DNA of 55,845 nt, filler included, from Porpidia crustulata (GCA_964255105.1; 3 parts of 3 records of this genome joined end to end with filler, not necessarily neighbours in it), one strand, 5' to 3'; positions 23,626 to 37,833 are shown, counted from the first letter of the whole stretch. Program-made: numbers and translations. The notes: a model not told the origin generated them from the letters alone.

Positions 23626-26600
23626 TTACTTCCTAGTCTGCGCGCACCAATTTAGCCAATCCAGGAAAAAAGAAACTTTGACTTTGCACTGCGGATCAAA
23701 AAGTAGTCGTTCTTGTGTGTGGGCATAGGTTGCAGCGACTTCCCGTAGATTCTCGCTGTTCTGAGCAGCGAGGACTCGTGCGAGAAGCAAGCTGGCTTGA
23801 CTGCAAGCGCTGGTAAAAGCATTGGATCCATCTTTGGCGGCTTCTTCATGGATCGAGCGAAGCACATCGAGCATTCCATCTCTTTCCTCGGTCCTGAGCA
23901 CATTCTTACCTTTGCAGAGTCGAGCGTGGTCCCTAATCAAGCCACACGCCTTATTAGACACCAGCTTACTGGTTGTAGTGCGTATGACTACAAGCAAAGG
24001 TGGAAGAATATTTATGGCTAATGTGCTGGCATGTCTTTGTTTGATGAAGATCTCAAGAAGTTCAAGCACACGGCATTTGAAATTGACAATCGTCTCTGTA
24101 GCGTTTCTTTTTTCTACTTTCTTGCTGGTGGCTTGTTTCCTCTCCTTGAAGACCTTCGCTAGTTGTACATCTACAGCCTCCATCTCCTCATCGTTCATGT
24201 CCTCGTCCGTTGACTCGTTATCATCTCTGGAACCGGCATCTTCCCCGGAAGGATTTGTCCCCAAAGCTTGAGCGAGCTTTGCTTCGAATGCGGCCAATTC
24301 GCCATCATCAGTACCGTCATCGTCAGACTCTTGACCAGACAATGCTGTCGAAGAATTCCCCACACTAACAGAACCAGAGCCAGCTTCTTCCAGCTGTGCC
24401 GGGCGAGAACGAGTACGGGCCGTTTCAAGATTGTCTATATCGGACGAGTCTCGAGCATCTTCATCGTCATCTCTGTCAAAGATTTCTCCCTGACCAGCGG
24501 CATTTTCTCTTATTTCCAGTACCTAGATCAGTTAGTCAGTACTCACTCACTACAGGAACTTATGCAAACTTTGATCATCGCTTCTAGTCCAGCCCTGTTA
24601 ATGTCGGAGGCACAAGCTGAGAAGACTTGTTGAGTCAGGCGCCTAAATATCATGGACGGCCTAGCTACAAAGCTGAGTAGAATCTCAACTAAGGCCTCCG
24701 GACCTTCTTGGTCCCCCCGTTTCCTGTGCTTGACAAGAGATCCATAGCAGGGTTTTAGTTCATCTAAGACGTTCACAGCGTCGGCGTCACCGTTGTACAC
24801 TTGAAGAATAGTCAAGGAGTACAAGAGCACAAACGCCTGGAGCATTTTCTTCCTATCTGGCTGTGATTCTTTTTCCCGGGTCTGGATTTTCTTCATCGTC
24901 TTCCACGCTCTGCGGATGCTATCATCCACGTTTTGGTCTAATTCTAGAAGCGACTTACAATGCCTGTCAGTCTCTTCACGAAATCGAATGTCGCTTATCA
25001 AAGCATAAGTATAGTGTGAAGGGTCCGCAGATCTGTTGATCAGATGAGTTAGACAGGTGGTAATCCTGGATTTGAACATCTCCCGTGATGCAATTGAAAG
25101 TGACGGGGTGAAACTTTTATTCGGAGATCTTGCGTCCTTTCCATCAGAAAAGTATGCAAACTTTGCAAACATTGCTAAGATCGACTGAACACCTGCAGAA
25201 TATTGCAAGGCGCCTGTATTTTCCTTATCAGCATTTACCTGTATGGACCGTACCAGAAATACCAGATGATCAGCTAAGACTTGTCTCATTGCTGCCGCCG
25301 CTTTCTCTTCCTGAGTACCGGGGCCCAAGATTAGTTGTCGAAATATTGGTAGCAGTAGCTCTAGACTAGACTCATTGACACCCGCTAGTGCTTTTTCAAC
25401 CGTCTTGGTTTTGGTAGATTGATCAAAATTCACCCTGCCGTTTGGGGGTGTGAGTAGGCCTTTCACTGCTACGACAACTATTGGAGGCTCGAGCTTGATT
25501 CTCCTGGTGATGGCCTTGGTAGCGCTGTCAGCAATGCGATGGAGGTAGCGCTCTGAAAAGGTGAGCTGGTTCATGAGACATCGCATCAAATTCTGACTGA
25601 ACAAGGATAGGAATATGTGCGCAGGAGCACTCTGTAACATTTGCTGGAAAAGCAAAAAGCCCCAGTATTTTCGTTCATCGGACGATGAGCTCGCAAACAG
25701 ACTCTCTAATACTATTTAGTAGGTAGATTGCTAAATGGCTATGGGAAAACAAACTGTCCACGCACTCGCCCCAAAATTCCTCAAAGCTCAGACGTTTTAA
25801 AGCCCCAACGTGCTCAGTGTGCTCTGGCACCTGAAGCTGAGAGAGGATTACGTCCCATACAAAATGTAGCTTTGGCGTCCAGTTTCCTTTCTGGGAAGCT
25901 TTGCTGATGGTGCTAGCTTGGTCCACATCGCTCGTGGACGCCTCTTTAAGAATGTTCGCGATTTTCGTCTTCTCGCTCCTGTCCAAGGGATCATCGTTAT
26001 GCCAAGTACCTTTTGGCGTGATGGCGGTCGGAGCGGCTGACTGTATTGCAATCCAGATTGCCAATCCCTCGGGTGTCTTCTCAAGGCCAGTTTCGTGAAG
26101 CTTGTCTATGATCAATTGGACGTATGAATTGCTCTGTGATTTCGAGCTCAGAGCAAGGACAGCACTGTAGAGTATCCATCCACATTCTTCTCGTAAACTA
26201 GACCTTCTTCTAGCTAGATGAAAAACAACATCGAGAATATGAGACCAAGCTCCAGTAGTACCTGCAGGCTCAAACAGAATGCCAGATTTCACCATTGCTT
26301 CTGCGCCAAAAAGCCGGCCAAGCTGGTGATCTTTCTCTTCCTATGTTTGAATCTAACGTCAGCCATGCGCCCAATTCCTAGGCGCCATATTCCATACTTC
26401 GCCAGATACTTTTCCAGCGGCCTGGGTCTGTTCCTTTAGCATCTCGATCAATTCTAATTTGTCCAGGATACCTGGTACACTTGCTGTTGTATGGCTATAG
26501 AGCTGAGTCAAAATCTCTGTGAGCGCAATTGAGAAGCCAATCCGGGCTGCCTTTCGACTACTACACAATCCCCTGAAAAGTCTTCTAAGGATCTCAGTAA

Positions 26601-26757
26601 CTCGTTGGGCTGTCGGACTCGTTTCAGGAGCAATTCTCAGCAGCAAAGCCTGGGCAGCTTTGAGCCTGGTTTCATCATTCACGTCTGCGAGATCTTCATA
26701 TGTCTCCATGAGCTGCGTGTCCACATTCCCCAGCTCTCTTCGCCGTTTGTTGGCCAT
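23626..26757 (-). CDS. POL5: Pol5/DNA polymerase phi (MYBBP1A family) rDNA/ribosome biogenesis factor, 4 exons
   Basis: YEDLAD..RLKAA, RLFRGLCSSRKAARIGFSIALTE, ERKYWGFLLF, FSQNLMRCLMNQ, NFDQSTKTKTVE and an acidic DEDMNDEEM tract. Three GT-AG introns restore the frame. Confidence 0.92.
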
Positions 26758-27194
26758 GGCGGTTAGTTGTTGCTGTACGTACCCAGACTGAATTCACCGA
26801 GCTTCAGCGAGCACCGAGATGGAAGTCATAATTCATACTGTATTGAAGATTTCACATAGTCTAGCCAATCCATCGGAATTTACATGATAATCTGATAGAC
26901 CACACTTTTCTTACTAGTGAATTTACGCGAGTACCTAGGATTCGAGCCGAGAATCACGGGACTTCGTGTTCCAGGACGTGATCCCTGTTTGTTTACAACA
27001 CGGCAGGATTATTGCTGTGCCGTCCCTCCCGAAAGCAATCCCTACACATCGGGCATGGGGAGGTTCACGGCTACTATCATTCGGTTGTGACATCCTGCCT
27101 CTTTGGAAGTGAGAGGTCCTAGCCCGACACCAAAAAACTCTTTCTCAGCGATGTACCTGATCTCGAGACCTGAACATCCACCAGGTCTCCTCGC

Positions 27195-27226
27195 TACCAG
27201 CATATAATTACCAGCATATAATTACC
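27195..27226 (+). repeat. 14-bp tandem duplication (TACCAGCATATAAT x2.3)
   Basis: Read directly in the POL5-CDC25 intergenic region. Confidence 0.8.
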
Positions 27227-28878
27227 CAACAACGCTGAAAGTGGTCGAGATTTGATGCGTCCGAATGGTATGTTGCGTGCTGACTCGGTCCTCTGTGGCT
27301 ACCTGTGGAGAGCAAGTATCTTACTTGATTCAGCCTTTATCCGAAATCTGTGAGATTTCGACAGGGTTTTTGGCTGGCCCTACCGGGCTGGACTGTTCAA
27401 GACCGTGGGCGTCTGGGTTACCAAATCAGATCAATGCCATAGGCTGGCGCGTAGGTATCCCGGTAAATGAGACTGCTGATTGCAGGGGTCCTATCAAGTA
27501 AGTATTGATATGCCCAGCTGGGACTGCTTTCGGCGACTTCAAACACTTCGCACCATTCCACTTCTGGCGTAAATAGACGGCAATTGCGTGACCACACAGG
27601 GCAGAAAATGACGATGTGGGCTGGCGCTAGAAGTGGTGTGTTGGCACCGTTGGCGCTTTAGAGGCATAGATTGGCAACAGAGCCTGGCGGAGCTGAGCTG
27701 AGCGAGGGAATATTAGGCAGATACTAGAATGGAGGTGCTCAGAAAGGTGTCATATTGTTGAGATCGAGAGACAGAATCAGGACATACATACTCTTAAAGA
27801 TTCAATACTGAGAGTGATCATGAAATACTCTAGTGAATGTAGACTGCCAGATAGATAATAATAATGCCATTGTGTCCAAGACTTCCCATTAGACAGCCCC
27901 GCTCTCGTTATCAGATTGGCCCGCAAGTAGTGAACCAAGAGACAAGTCAAGCGAGCCAAATCAATCTTCCGTTATGAGTGCCTGGGGTCACCAAAGCAGA
28001 AGATCTCATGAGACTCATCCAATCAGCTTGCACGAGGTCATTGATTGGCCTGTGCTTGAATCCTAAAGCAGGATCTTAACCGCTAGAGAGCCGCCGTGTT
28101 GTAAGATTGATCAGTTCGGTCACTCGTTGTTCTGGTACTGCTGCCGGGATTCACGCGCTTCACTCTTGTTTCGCTGCCAGGAAAGCAGGCTCGATAAGAA
28201 TAACAACGCTGTGTTGGAACAAGGATAGTGGGATAGCTGAAATGGTATTGAGTGTGCAAGTCATTATTGGTAGAAAATGTAATGAGTTCCTGCATGAACC
28301 GCATGGGTGCAGGTGACTGAGGTGAGGTACATGAAGTTTACTAGTAGTTGCTACAGTACTAAGGTATCTATCTCCAACCGTCCCACCAACGTTGCTTCGT
28401 CAACAAGGCCTTTCGACCTTCACCCGAGTGGAGCCGTGTCAATTGCTTCTGTACCTACACGAGCTTGTTCCTTCTTATCCTTTGCTATATCTACTCGTCA
28501 TCTTTTACCATCTCGACGGTCTCTCCTCCCCCGTCGGTTCGTAAGTCGCCTGTTCTCCTGGGACAAGCCACATCCTTTGAAACGACGACTTACGAGCAGC
28601 TCCCAATGCTGAAGAATAGCCGGTAGAATCGATTGAGGATCATTCAGTCATCATTTGGAAAATGTCTTAGGTGCAGCAACTTACCATCGCGGCCATCCTC
28701 TTATCGAGTATCGTATCATTTACGAGAACTCGATCTGCCGCCACAATCAACCAAGGAGGGCATCAACGATTGCCATTCGCCTACTGCATGAGCCTGTCCA
28801 CCGAGATTGATTCCCAATTGCCCTTGGAAAAATTTGTTAGAAGCTCGATAATTGAACGGCTTGACGAACACACTCGTC

Positions 28879-30772
28879 ATGGAGCGTTCCTCGCCCTTGG
28901 CTGCCATGCAGGCCCCTTCATTCCCGTTCGGACAGTGGGGTTGCCGAGCCGATGCAAGTTCATACACCAGCTGTGGTGGGCAATTTGGAGGGAAGGCAGC
29001 AATTGGCCCAAGCAATTTCAACTTCAAGGACCTCAGCATGTCCAGGGCCCCATCGGACTACTTCAATCTGAAGCCCATCCGAGGCTCCTCACCAACGGCC
29101 AGCCTGGCTGCAGATCTATCTCAGAACTTCCACATTGATCAAAGGTATGTCACTCAGCTACAGCTATGGGCCTTAGGACAATACTGATGGTCTACAGCCC
29201 TCAGTTACCGACGCCTCGACGATCATTGTTCTCAGCGAACCTCTTCGCTTCAATCAACGGAAGAGGTATGGTATACAAGCTTGATACTGATGGGTAGACG
29301 CTTATGAATAACTAGAAAGTATGACCACGCCCCCACTCCCTTCGTCTTCGCCCGGTCCCTACAACGAGTCCATGGAAATATCCCCTCTACCCCACAAGGC
29401 ACCCTACGCGTCGACAACCCAGCTTCGGGTCCAGTCACCTACGCCTGAACCGACAATAATCGACCAGGAAGTTCCGGGCCCTATGGTTGACGTGCAGCAG
29501 CCGTTATCCGATGCCCCAAGACAGTCTATCCCATTCGAGTAAGTTATCCTTGACATACCTATCCTGCCAATCCCTAACAAAAAACAGGCGTCGAAGATCG
29601 ACTCTACTGAGGCCTTCTTTGGCTCGTAGCAAAGGTCATTCTACGAGCTCCGTTTCCTTGAGTTCTGCGCGGGCTGAAAATCAGCTGCCCCCTTTCAAAT
29701 TTGGGAACGGACTGCCGCTTCCGACTGCGTCGTTCATGCCCGCCGACGAATGTTTCAATTCCTCACCGCCACAGGAGAGAAGACCACAATCAGCAAATTC
29801 CCCACTGCCCTCGGCCATGGGTCCGCCAAGACTGAAACAACCCTTCCTGGGGTTGGTTGGACATACGAGAAACTCAGGTTCCCCTATCACCAGTCATGTC
29901 CGACGGCCGTCAGGGCCGACGGAGCGGCCTCGAAAACAGTTTCGGCGCTCTCTCAGCATGTTCGAGCATCCTGCAGACATGATGAAAGAGGAATCGATTG
30001 GCTCGAGTCGTTCAGCAACGCTAGATGCGATAATGGACATTGATGACGTTCCACAATTACAGCTACCGCACTTTATGTCTGACGAGGAAAGCCTCCCACG
30101 TATCACGAAGGAAACCGTTATAGAAGTATTGAACGGCAAATTCCAGCACTGCTATCATCAGGCCATCGTGGTTGATTGTCGATTCGAATATGAATACGAT
30201 GGTGGACACATTGAAGGAGCCGTCAATGTGAACAGCAAAGAAGAACTGGCGAAGAAACTATTCGACACCCACTTGTCTGAGAAGACGCTCCTAATTTTCC
30301 ACTGCGAGTACTCGGCGCATCGGGCTCCACTCATGCAAGCCTGCCCCTTTCTTGAACATTCGAATATTCTGACAATTACCTTAGGGCCAAGTTTCTTCGA
30401 CACAAGGACCGTGCTGAAAATGCTCACCGTTATCCCAAACTATCGTACCCTGAAGTATACATCCTAGACGGAGGCTACAGCTCATTCTTTTCGGACCATC
30501 GCGTAAGATGCGTCCCTCAAGACTACGTCGAGATGGATGCCAAGGAACATGTAACCGCGTGCGAGCGTGGACTGGGACGGATGAAACAACAACGGGTCAA
30601 ACTCAGTCGCGCACAAACATTTGCATTCGGACAACACAATCAGCCTATTGATGATAGTCCTACTGCTCCTAATCGGTACTGTCCTTCATTAACGATGGGC
30701 ATGGACATCTCTATCGATCGACACCTTGACCCTGCAACGAGATTGCTCTCCAGGCGTATGGCGTCTTACTAA
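28879..30772 (+). CDS. MIH1: M-phase inducer phosphatase Cdc25/Mih1/NimT, 5 exons
   Basis: MERSSPLAAM, SSPTASLAADLSQNFHID, DCRFEYEYDGGHI, catalytic FHCEYSAHRAP, YPEVYILDGGY. The intron at 30335-30384 is GC-AG. Confidence 0.95.
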
Positions 30773-31707
30773 TCTTGTACGATACCATTTTTCATTCCCT
30801 ACACCTGGCTGCCGCATTTTTCGCAATTAGTCAACCTCATACGGGCTGTGCCGGCGCATTCTTTGGCCTCTTTTGATTAGTATTGCATTGCGTGCATTGT
30901 CGTTTACCGTGCCATTGCCACGGCCAACCAGGAATACTTATCGACATTTCGTACTCGGTCGCGAGATGCTCTGTTATTTGGGATCTCGAGCGTAGAAGCT
31001 CGGGTCTTGTTCACATGTACTGTCACCCGGTGGCTTGCCATATCCGGACCTTTCAAATCGCCTCAATTTTCTTTGGGCCTGGAGTCGAAATGAAGCCGTT
31101 GTTCTCGATGAACTCTAGTAAGACACATGTATTACAGATGTTGCCCTGATGACGACCCTAGGTTTATCCTGAAGCGATATTGAGTCACAGGCATCATCAT
31201 CATCATCACCACCACCAACGTTGCCCCTACAACCTGGTAAAATAACTTTCGCCATTTGGTCTAGGGCACCTCTATCGCGCCTTTTTGAACGCCCTAAAGT
31301 GCTGCTGCCATCCAATAGAAACGATATTGTGGTGGTAAGTTTTTCAGGTTACCTTACTGCGTACGCTGACGGTATGGCCGGCTCCTCTGCCTTCCAGGGA
31401 AAGGGTCATAGGGGGAATGTAATAGAATAGGTTAGGACTACTCACACCTTCGGTTGTAACAGTATTCTGTCATTCCTAGATACAATCAAAACCCATTTAT
31501 CCAATATCTTGTTCGTAGCGAGATCATCTTATCCACCCCTCAACGGGTTACACACCCTGACAGACGACTCTTAGCGTCCCTTAACCCTATGTGAATTGAT
31601 GAGGGAGGGGTAAATAGGAGTATATTCTACCTCGATATTGTGGATTCTGCATATAATCGTGATAATGTGGCACTACATATACATGTCGTCTTCGTAGACA
31701 TCCCACC

Positions 31708-32484
31708 ATGGACATCGATGATATCTTGGCCGAGGTGGACAGTCATGCGGTCCCCACCGAGACTCGTGATCTACAGGAACTCTCGCGCGCGTGGGTCACC
31801 GAAAGGAGCGCGCCAGAGATCTTGCCCTGGCCGGCGGCACTGATGGATCGAGTCTTGAAAAGGCTAAGCCAGCAGGTAATCCGTCCATTTTGAATGTCGT
31901 TGGGTGTTTGAGCAAGAAGCTTACTCAGGGAGTGATGGAAAGATCGAACTGGTAGAGGAGCAGACTGGAAACACCGATCCCAAGGCCAATTTCCGGCTTA
32001 TTATTATCCAGACGGAGCTCGAGAGGTTCAAGTTTCTTGTGCGATCATTTTTAAGGGCAAGGATTGCCAAGGTACGCCACTCTATCTTAGGTCCCTGAAT
32101 GGGTCACTTACGGCGGCTTCCTAGATCGACAAATACGCCCTGTATATCCTCACAACCCCCTCCCAGAAAGCTCGTCTCTCGGCCTCCGAGATCCAGTATG
32201 TCACTACACATCAATCGCTCCTCCATGCACACTATCACTCTTCTTTCCTTTCCCAGTTTCCGAATTCGCTACAGAGGCTGGACGACACGGCTGGAGGAAT
32301 CAGTATGATTGAGCAGCCGGATGTGGACAAAGCTGTTTTTGTAAGAGCATTGCGAGATATCGAGACGCCTATTATTGTGGAGGGGACTGATATGGCGTTT
32401 GAGATGATGAGAGGGGATGTATATGTGGTGAGATGGAGCGCGGTTAGGGAATTGGTGATGGGAGGAGATGCGGAGCTCCTTTAA
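31708..32484 (+). CDS. SLD5: GINS complex subunit Sld5, 3 exons
   Basis: MDIDDILAE...[58 protein letters not shown] at 32482-32484. Confidence 0.93.
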
Positions 32485-33757
32485 AAACAGGTGGATACAG
32501 GTTGATAGCCACGGATCCAGATAGCAGCTTGAATACTGAGCGGTAGACTGCATCTGGGCAGTTGGGAGACGGTTCTGGCCCTACGAAAAGCTGTTAATGG
32601 ATGAGCCGTGCCGCCTCCGACTTTCATACTACAGGTCGATGGTGAACATACCAAGGCCAATTGGATTCCAGCTCTTTCTTGGTCTCTTGCCGGTCTCATC
32701 TGGAATTTTACCAGAGACATAGCCTGGTACAGGTAGTAGTGCGTTCAACGCCGCCCATATACCAAGAAAATCACTGACAGTTCCCAGGCCTCGATCTCTA
32801 TACATCACAACGGGACCCCGAGGTGACGGAGTAACTGGCATATTTTCTAGCCCACATCATTGTTGCAGCTGAAGCAATGGCGGAACCGCCGTGTACGCAG
32901 TCATGGGCGAAAGTGCAACTGGGACCTTCGAATCTTGAAACCTCTGCAATGAAGTTTAAGAAGGAAATATCGCAAGTGAAAAGACACCTATAAACTATAC
33001 TATGAGCGTGTTTGTGCACCGAACGATTTTCATATGGGTATCCACTTGGTCCACGGTACGAGTGCAGCAAGATATGCAAGTGTCCTACCTTGTCTGCCTC
33101 CGCTGAATGAGATAGCATCACCTTCTAATCGAGTCAACCTATGTACATGCACATCTTGCAGACCCTAACGAATGACTCTCCATCAATCAATGCCACTACA
33201 GTTCCTCATACTTTAGCTCTTCATGCTGGGGTCGACAAAACGTTGTGTAAAGAGCTGTACTAAGCTATAAGAGGAATTTGCTCGTGTGCCCGGCTCACCA
33301 CACCAATCCACTCCCTTGATCTGTTGATTACCTACGGCGATATCTTGAATCCGTTGTCTAGACTCCTTAGACAAATCTGTAGCTGTAAGCGACACCAAAT
33401 GGCTATTCCATAACCTTGAGCTTTGGCCGAATAAGTATTCTGTATGGGTTTAGGGTTGTTTCGCTTTTCCTAGTGAGTATGGATGACGGAGTTAGTGGAG
33501 TCAATCCGACCGCTAGCGAATTCAACCACTCATCTACTAGTACCATCAGATTTCGTATTCGAGCGCCCAATCTTGGTAATTTACTTCGAATATTTCAATT
33601 TATTTCCTACCCCACGCCTTTCCATTTCACCTTCGCGTTCTCAAGCTTGCCAGTCGTGTACTGGATGGGGAATTCAAATTGCAGTAACACTCCATGATAC
33701 CCAAATATAACCAGTCATATATTTGGTGTCATTAATCTTGACCGTCTTTTAATCCAG

Positions 33758-36654
33758 ATGATGGCTGCGCCAACCTCAAGCACCGGCCCACAAGCCAGCA
33801 ACCAGGTCGACTCCTCGACAGCTGGGCAATCGAGCTCGCATAGACCTACAGAGGCTTTGACTAACACACAATCCACCTCTGCTGCAGTTTCCGTAGCCCA
33901 AGGCGAGCAAACGGCGCCTGGCAAGAAGAGGCGGAATCACAGAGGCGGAAAACATAAGAGAACTCGCAGGAAGTCTTTCGCGATTGCTGAAGATGAGGGA
34001 AGTAACATGGCTGGAGGTAGAACAACTCGTGGCCATCTCGATCAATCGACGCCTGCCACCGCTAGACCACCGTTTTACAGACTCGGTCAATCTGGCGGGA
34101 GAACTCTGAGTTCGACGAGCTTGGACAGCGAGGCGTTACTGGACCACCGGTATGTCAAGATTCTGTGTTGACCGGTAATGCGTCAATAGTTGACAAAATC
34201 CAATTTGATAGGGATCATCCACCCATGCGGGCCAGACGAGATAGTCGATTGGGCCAAAGCTTGTTCACAGCTCGACCTGGTAACACTAGCCACAACGTAG
34301 ACCCACCATTTCGCCCTACATATTCAAATAACTTCGCGTCAAATGAAGGTCATAATCGTCGGCCACGACCAAATCGGGCCCATGTTTCATCTGGAGGTGA
34401 GAGCGAGGAGGAAGCACCATCCAACGACCGTACTCCATTACTGTCGTCGTCAAACCATGGTGGCTATACATCATCTCATGGCTCTCGACGTAATATTCTA
34501 GGGGTACAAGATCGCAACCTTGGATCTCGAGGCTCTCAGATTAGGCGCTCCTCGACGGCTACGTCCTCATCAAGTAGGCGGCGAAGACCTGTACCGAATC
34601 GCCAATCATCCATCCCAGGCATGCAATCGGGCCATGATGTTAACAACCCGCCCTCAATCCCGAACAGCCCAAAGATTGGGCCAGAGATGGGCTACGATGA
34701 TGTTATGGTCACGGACGCCTTTGCGCCTCGATCCCCTGATACCCGTCGTGGAACTGCTCCGATCCTTCATGATCAGATTATTGATATTGACCAGCAAAGT
34801 GATGGAGATCCAGTTTTGGGCAATACATCTTCTCCACCCACCCCTAGGAGAGAATCTATGCTGCAGCGGCGGCGAACCGTTGCTTTGCCCGCTGAAGAAG
34901 ACGTGTGCTTTCCGGTGGAGGGCATGTCTGAAATAGCAGAGGATGATTACACGGTCCAAGAGGGGGGTAATGGATCCGCAGGCGAGCAGCGGAGAAGAAG
35001 ATTTAGGCAATGGCCGGATCTTTCAGTGCTCGAAGAATGGAGCCGAGAAGAAAAAGAGTCGCGGAGTGACGGCATTCGAGCAAAGAAGATTAGTGAGCCA
35101 GTGCTTGTCGGAGGGAGACTTAGACCGCAGAAATATGGCTGGCATCGGGCAGAAGAAGATGCGCCTTATAGATTCACCTACTTTAATGAGGAATTTCCGA
35201 GTACGATACATAGTCAAACGATATCCGAGCTTCTACAACCAGGACAAAATTTCCGAGAGCTGTTTATCCCGGATCCACCAGAATTAAGCGACGATTCATC
35301 CGATGAAGAGGAGGTTTCAAGTCGTCAAGGAGGGTACGATCGTACAGAATTAAGTCCTACCACACAGTCTAGAGTGACGACGCGGCATTCCTCGATACTC
35401 GGAGAAATGCGAACAAAATCCCCAGAGCATTCAGGGAACGCCACGCCTGCACCCAATGGCACGCAATCGAAAGAGAAGTCGAAACGTGTAGGAGCACGAC
35501 CAACATTCTGGCTTGATGTTCTGTCACCGACAGACACGGAAATGAGGGTCATATCGAAGACCTTTGGCATCCATCCTCTGACTGCCGAGGATATTATGAT
35601 GCAAGAAGCCCGAGAGAAAGTCGAGTTGTTCAGAAACTATTATTTCGTCAATTATCGGACTTTCGAGCAGGACATGAACAGTGAGGATTTTCTCGAACCA
35701 GTCAACATGTATGTTGTTGTATTTCGGGAAGGAGTCATTAGCTTTCATTTCTCAATGACACCACATCCTGCCAATGTTCGTCGGCGCATTCGGCAGCTCA
35801 AGGACTATCTCATCCTCAGCTCCGATTGGATTTCGTACGCCATTATCGATGACATTACCGATGCCTTTGCCCCATTGATCCAGTCAGTTGAAGACGAAGT
35901 TGACGAGATTGATGAAGCCATCCTCCAGTCCCATTCTGGAGGCGACAGCAGTGTGAATGAAAAATCCAAGTCTACAAAAGACAGCGACAAGAAATCGGAG
36001 ACCAATCAACCCGCGTCCGAAGGCGGCGACATGCTACGACGAGTCGGCGAAGGCCGCAAGAAAGTTATGGGTTTATACCGATTACTAGGCAACAAAGCCG
36101 ACGTGATCAAAGGCTTTGCCAAACGATGCAACGAGCACTGGGAAATCGCGCCAAGAAGCGAGATCGGCTTGTATCTCGGTGACATCCAAGACCATATCCT
36201 AACCATGACCAGCAACCTCAGCCACTACGAAACGCAAGCCCCCCTCTCCCTACTTACCCGTCCACACGAACCCATTACTGATTGCACATGCGCAAACACA
36301 GCCTCCTCTCCCGCGCCCACTCCAACTACCTCGCCCAGATCAACATCCGCATGAACGAGCGCCAGGAGCAGACGGCCGACGTGCTGGGCAAGCTGACGGT
36401 CCTCGGCACCATCGTCTTGCCGATGAACATCATCACCGGCATGTGGGGCATGAACGTCCCCGTGCCCGGGCAGGAGTCGGATAACATTGTGTGGTTCTGG
36501 TCCAGTGAGTGGATTTTTTTTTCGCTCCCTGAGTTTCGTTCAGCAGTATTGGTGAAGCGGAGCTAATGGATCGGTGCCAACAGTCACGGCGGGCTTGTTC
36601 GTCTTCGGCGTCTCGTGCTTTTTCATCGCCAAGAGGGTTTACGGTATTGTCTAA
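33758..36654 (+). CDS. CorA-family Mg2+ transporter (Alr1/Mnr2-like), 4 coding exons
   Basis: FWLDVLSPT, FGIHPLTAEDI, EKVELFRNYY, YLGDIQDH and signature GMWGMNVPVPG. Introns 34150-34211, 36234-36301 (GC-AG) and 36505-36583. Confidence 0.93.
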
Positions 36655-37219
36655 TCACGTACGGGGCCTCGGTATAGTTTGGGAAAAAGGTAATCGGCGG
36701 CTTTTTTTGGTGCATGTTTTTTCCCCGGCCGAGGGCAGACACATTTCGGCGTTTGAAGGCCGGTGATTTGTTTGTGGGGGGAATGTATATATAGACCATC
36801 GAGACACATTTGTTCCTGGATTTTGAAGAATGGTGCACAGGGGAAAGGTGATGGGATAGATTGGTGGGTATAGTTGTAGAAAACCCCCGGGGGAAGAAGG
36901 GACGAAAGGGAAGGGGAGAAAAGAGAGGGGGTTGGATGATATCTTCTTCTGCCCCTTTCTCTTTTTTTCAACTTCTACTCCGTCTACTCCATCTTTTCTC
37001 AGTCCCTTTCCTCCCCTCCTCTCTCCATTTCTCTATCTTTATCTCTTCGATTTTTTCTCTGTCTCTCTCTCTCTCCTTCTCTCACTCTTTCTCTCTTTCT
37101 CTCATCCCAGAAATCTCCGCAACACATCTCACACCGCCCCCACTACCTTCATAACGAGTCCACGCGTCTTCGGCGTCTCGTGCTTTTTCATCGCCAAGAG
37201 GGTTTACGGTATTGTCTAA

Positions 37220-37319
37220 NNNNNNNNNNNNNNNNNNNNNNNNNNNNNNNNNNNNNNNNNNNNTTAATTAATTAANNNNNNNNNNNNNNNNNNNNNNNNN
37301 NNNNNNNNNNNNNNNNNNN
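37220..37319. other. Artificial contig-joining spacer
   Basis: N44-TTAATTAATTAA-N44. Confidence 0.98.
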
Positions 37320-37688
37320 TTCCCACCTCGCCCCCACAGAAATCGGAGCAAAGTAATCCAGAACCCTTCTCCCCGAAAAAAAAAATTTAAAAAAATTCCT
37401 CAGATAAGAATCCGCGCGCTTGTCTCGAAAGGGCAACAAAACAAGATATAAACACGATCGGAAAGGAGCTAGATCGTGCAGAAGATGAGAGAGAAAAAAC
37501 CAAGAAAGAATGAAAAGATTGGCGATGCCTTTAAGAATAATGAGCAAATCACGGAAAACTTTTGAATTAAGCTCGTGCCTTCGGTCCTTTCAAAGGGGTG
37601 GTGTTTTCGAGGCAAGAAGATGGGTCGGGCCTCGACGGGTGTATGGAGGAAAATTGGCAGGAAAAATTAGCAGGGAAAAGTGGTCTCT

Positions 37689-37833
37689 GTACTCGTAGGC
37701 ACATATCAACCCTTCAAAAAGGACACACCCCCCTCAACCGGAGTAATTTAGCCCTAGCCCTACGCCACTGTCTCGTCGAGGCGTGTGTCCTTTCGAGGGG
37801 TGTGTATCCCTTTTGAGGGGTTAGCACGAGTAC
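37689..37833. repeat. Imperfect ~45-bp inverted repeat (possible MITE/foldback remnant)
   Basis: Left arm gtactcgtaggcacatatcaacccttcaaaaaggacacacccccctc; reverse complement of the right arm gtactcgtgctaacccctcaaaagggatacacacccctc. Confidence 0.5.

Noticed and set aside
36600..37219. Exact repeat of the Mg-transporter last exon (36600-36654 = 37165-37219), suggesting an alternative terminal exon
   Set aside because: It is exactly 55 bp, ends at the contig end and is preceded by homopolymer-rich noisy sequence. This matches a k=55 de Bruijn overlap artefact.
18575..37319. TTAATTAATTAA palindromes and any gene linkage across them
   Set aside because: These are identical N-flanked artificial linkers, and the three segments have descending near-equal lengths typical of size-sorted contigs. 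The PKS cluster, HNH segment and rhamnose cluster are not shown to be neighbours.
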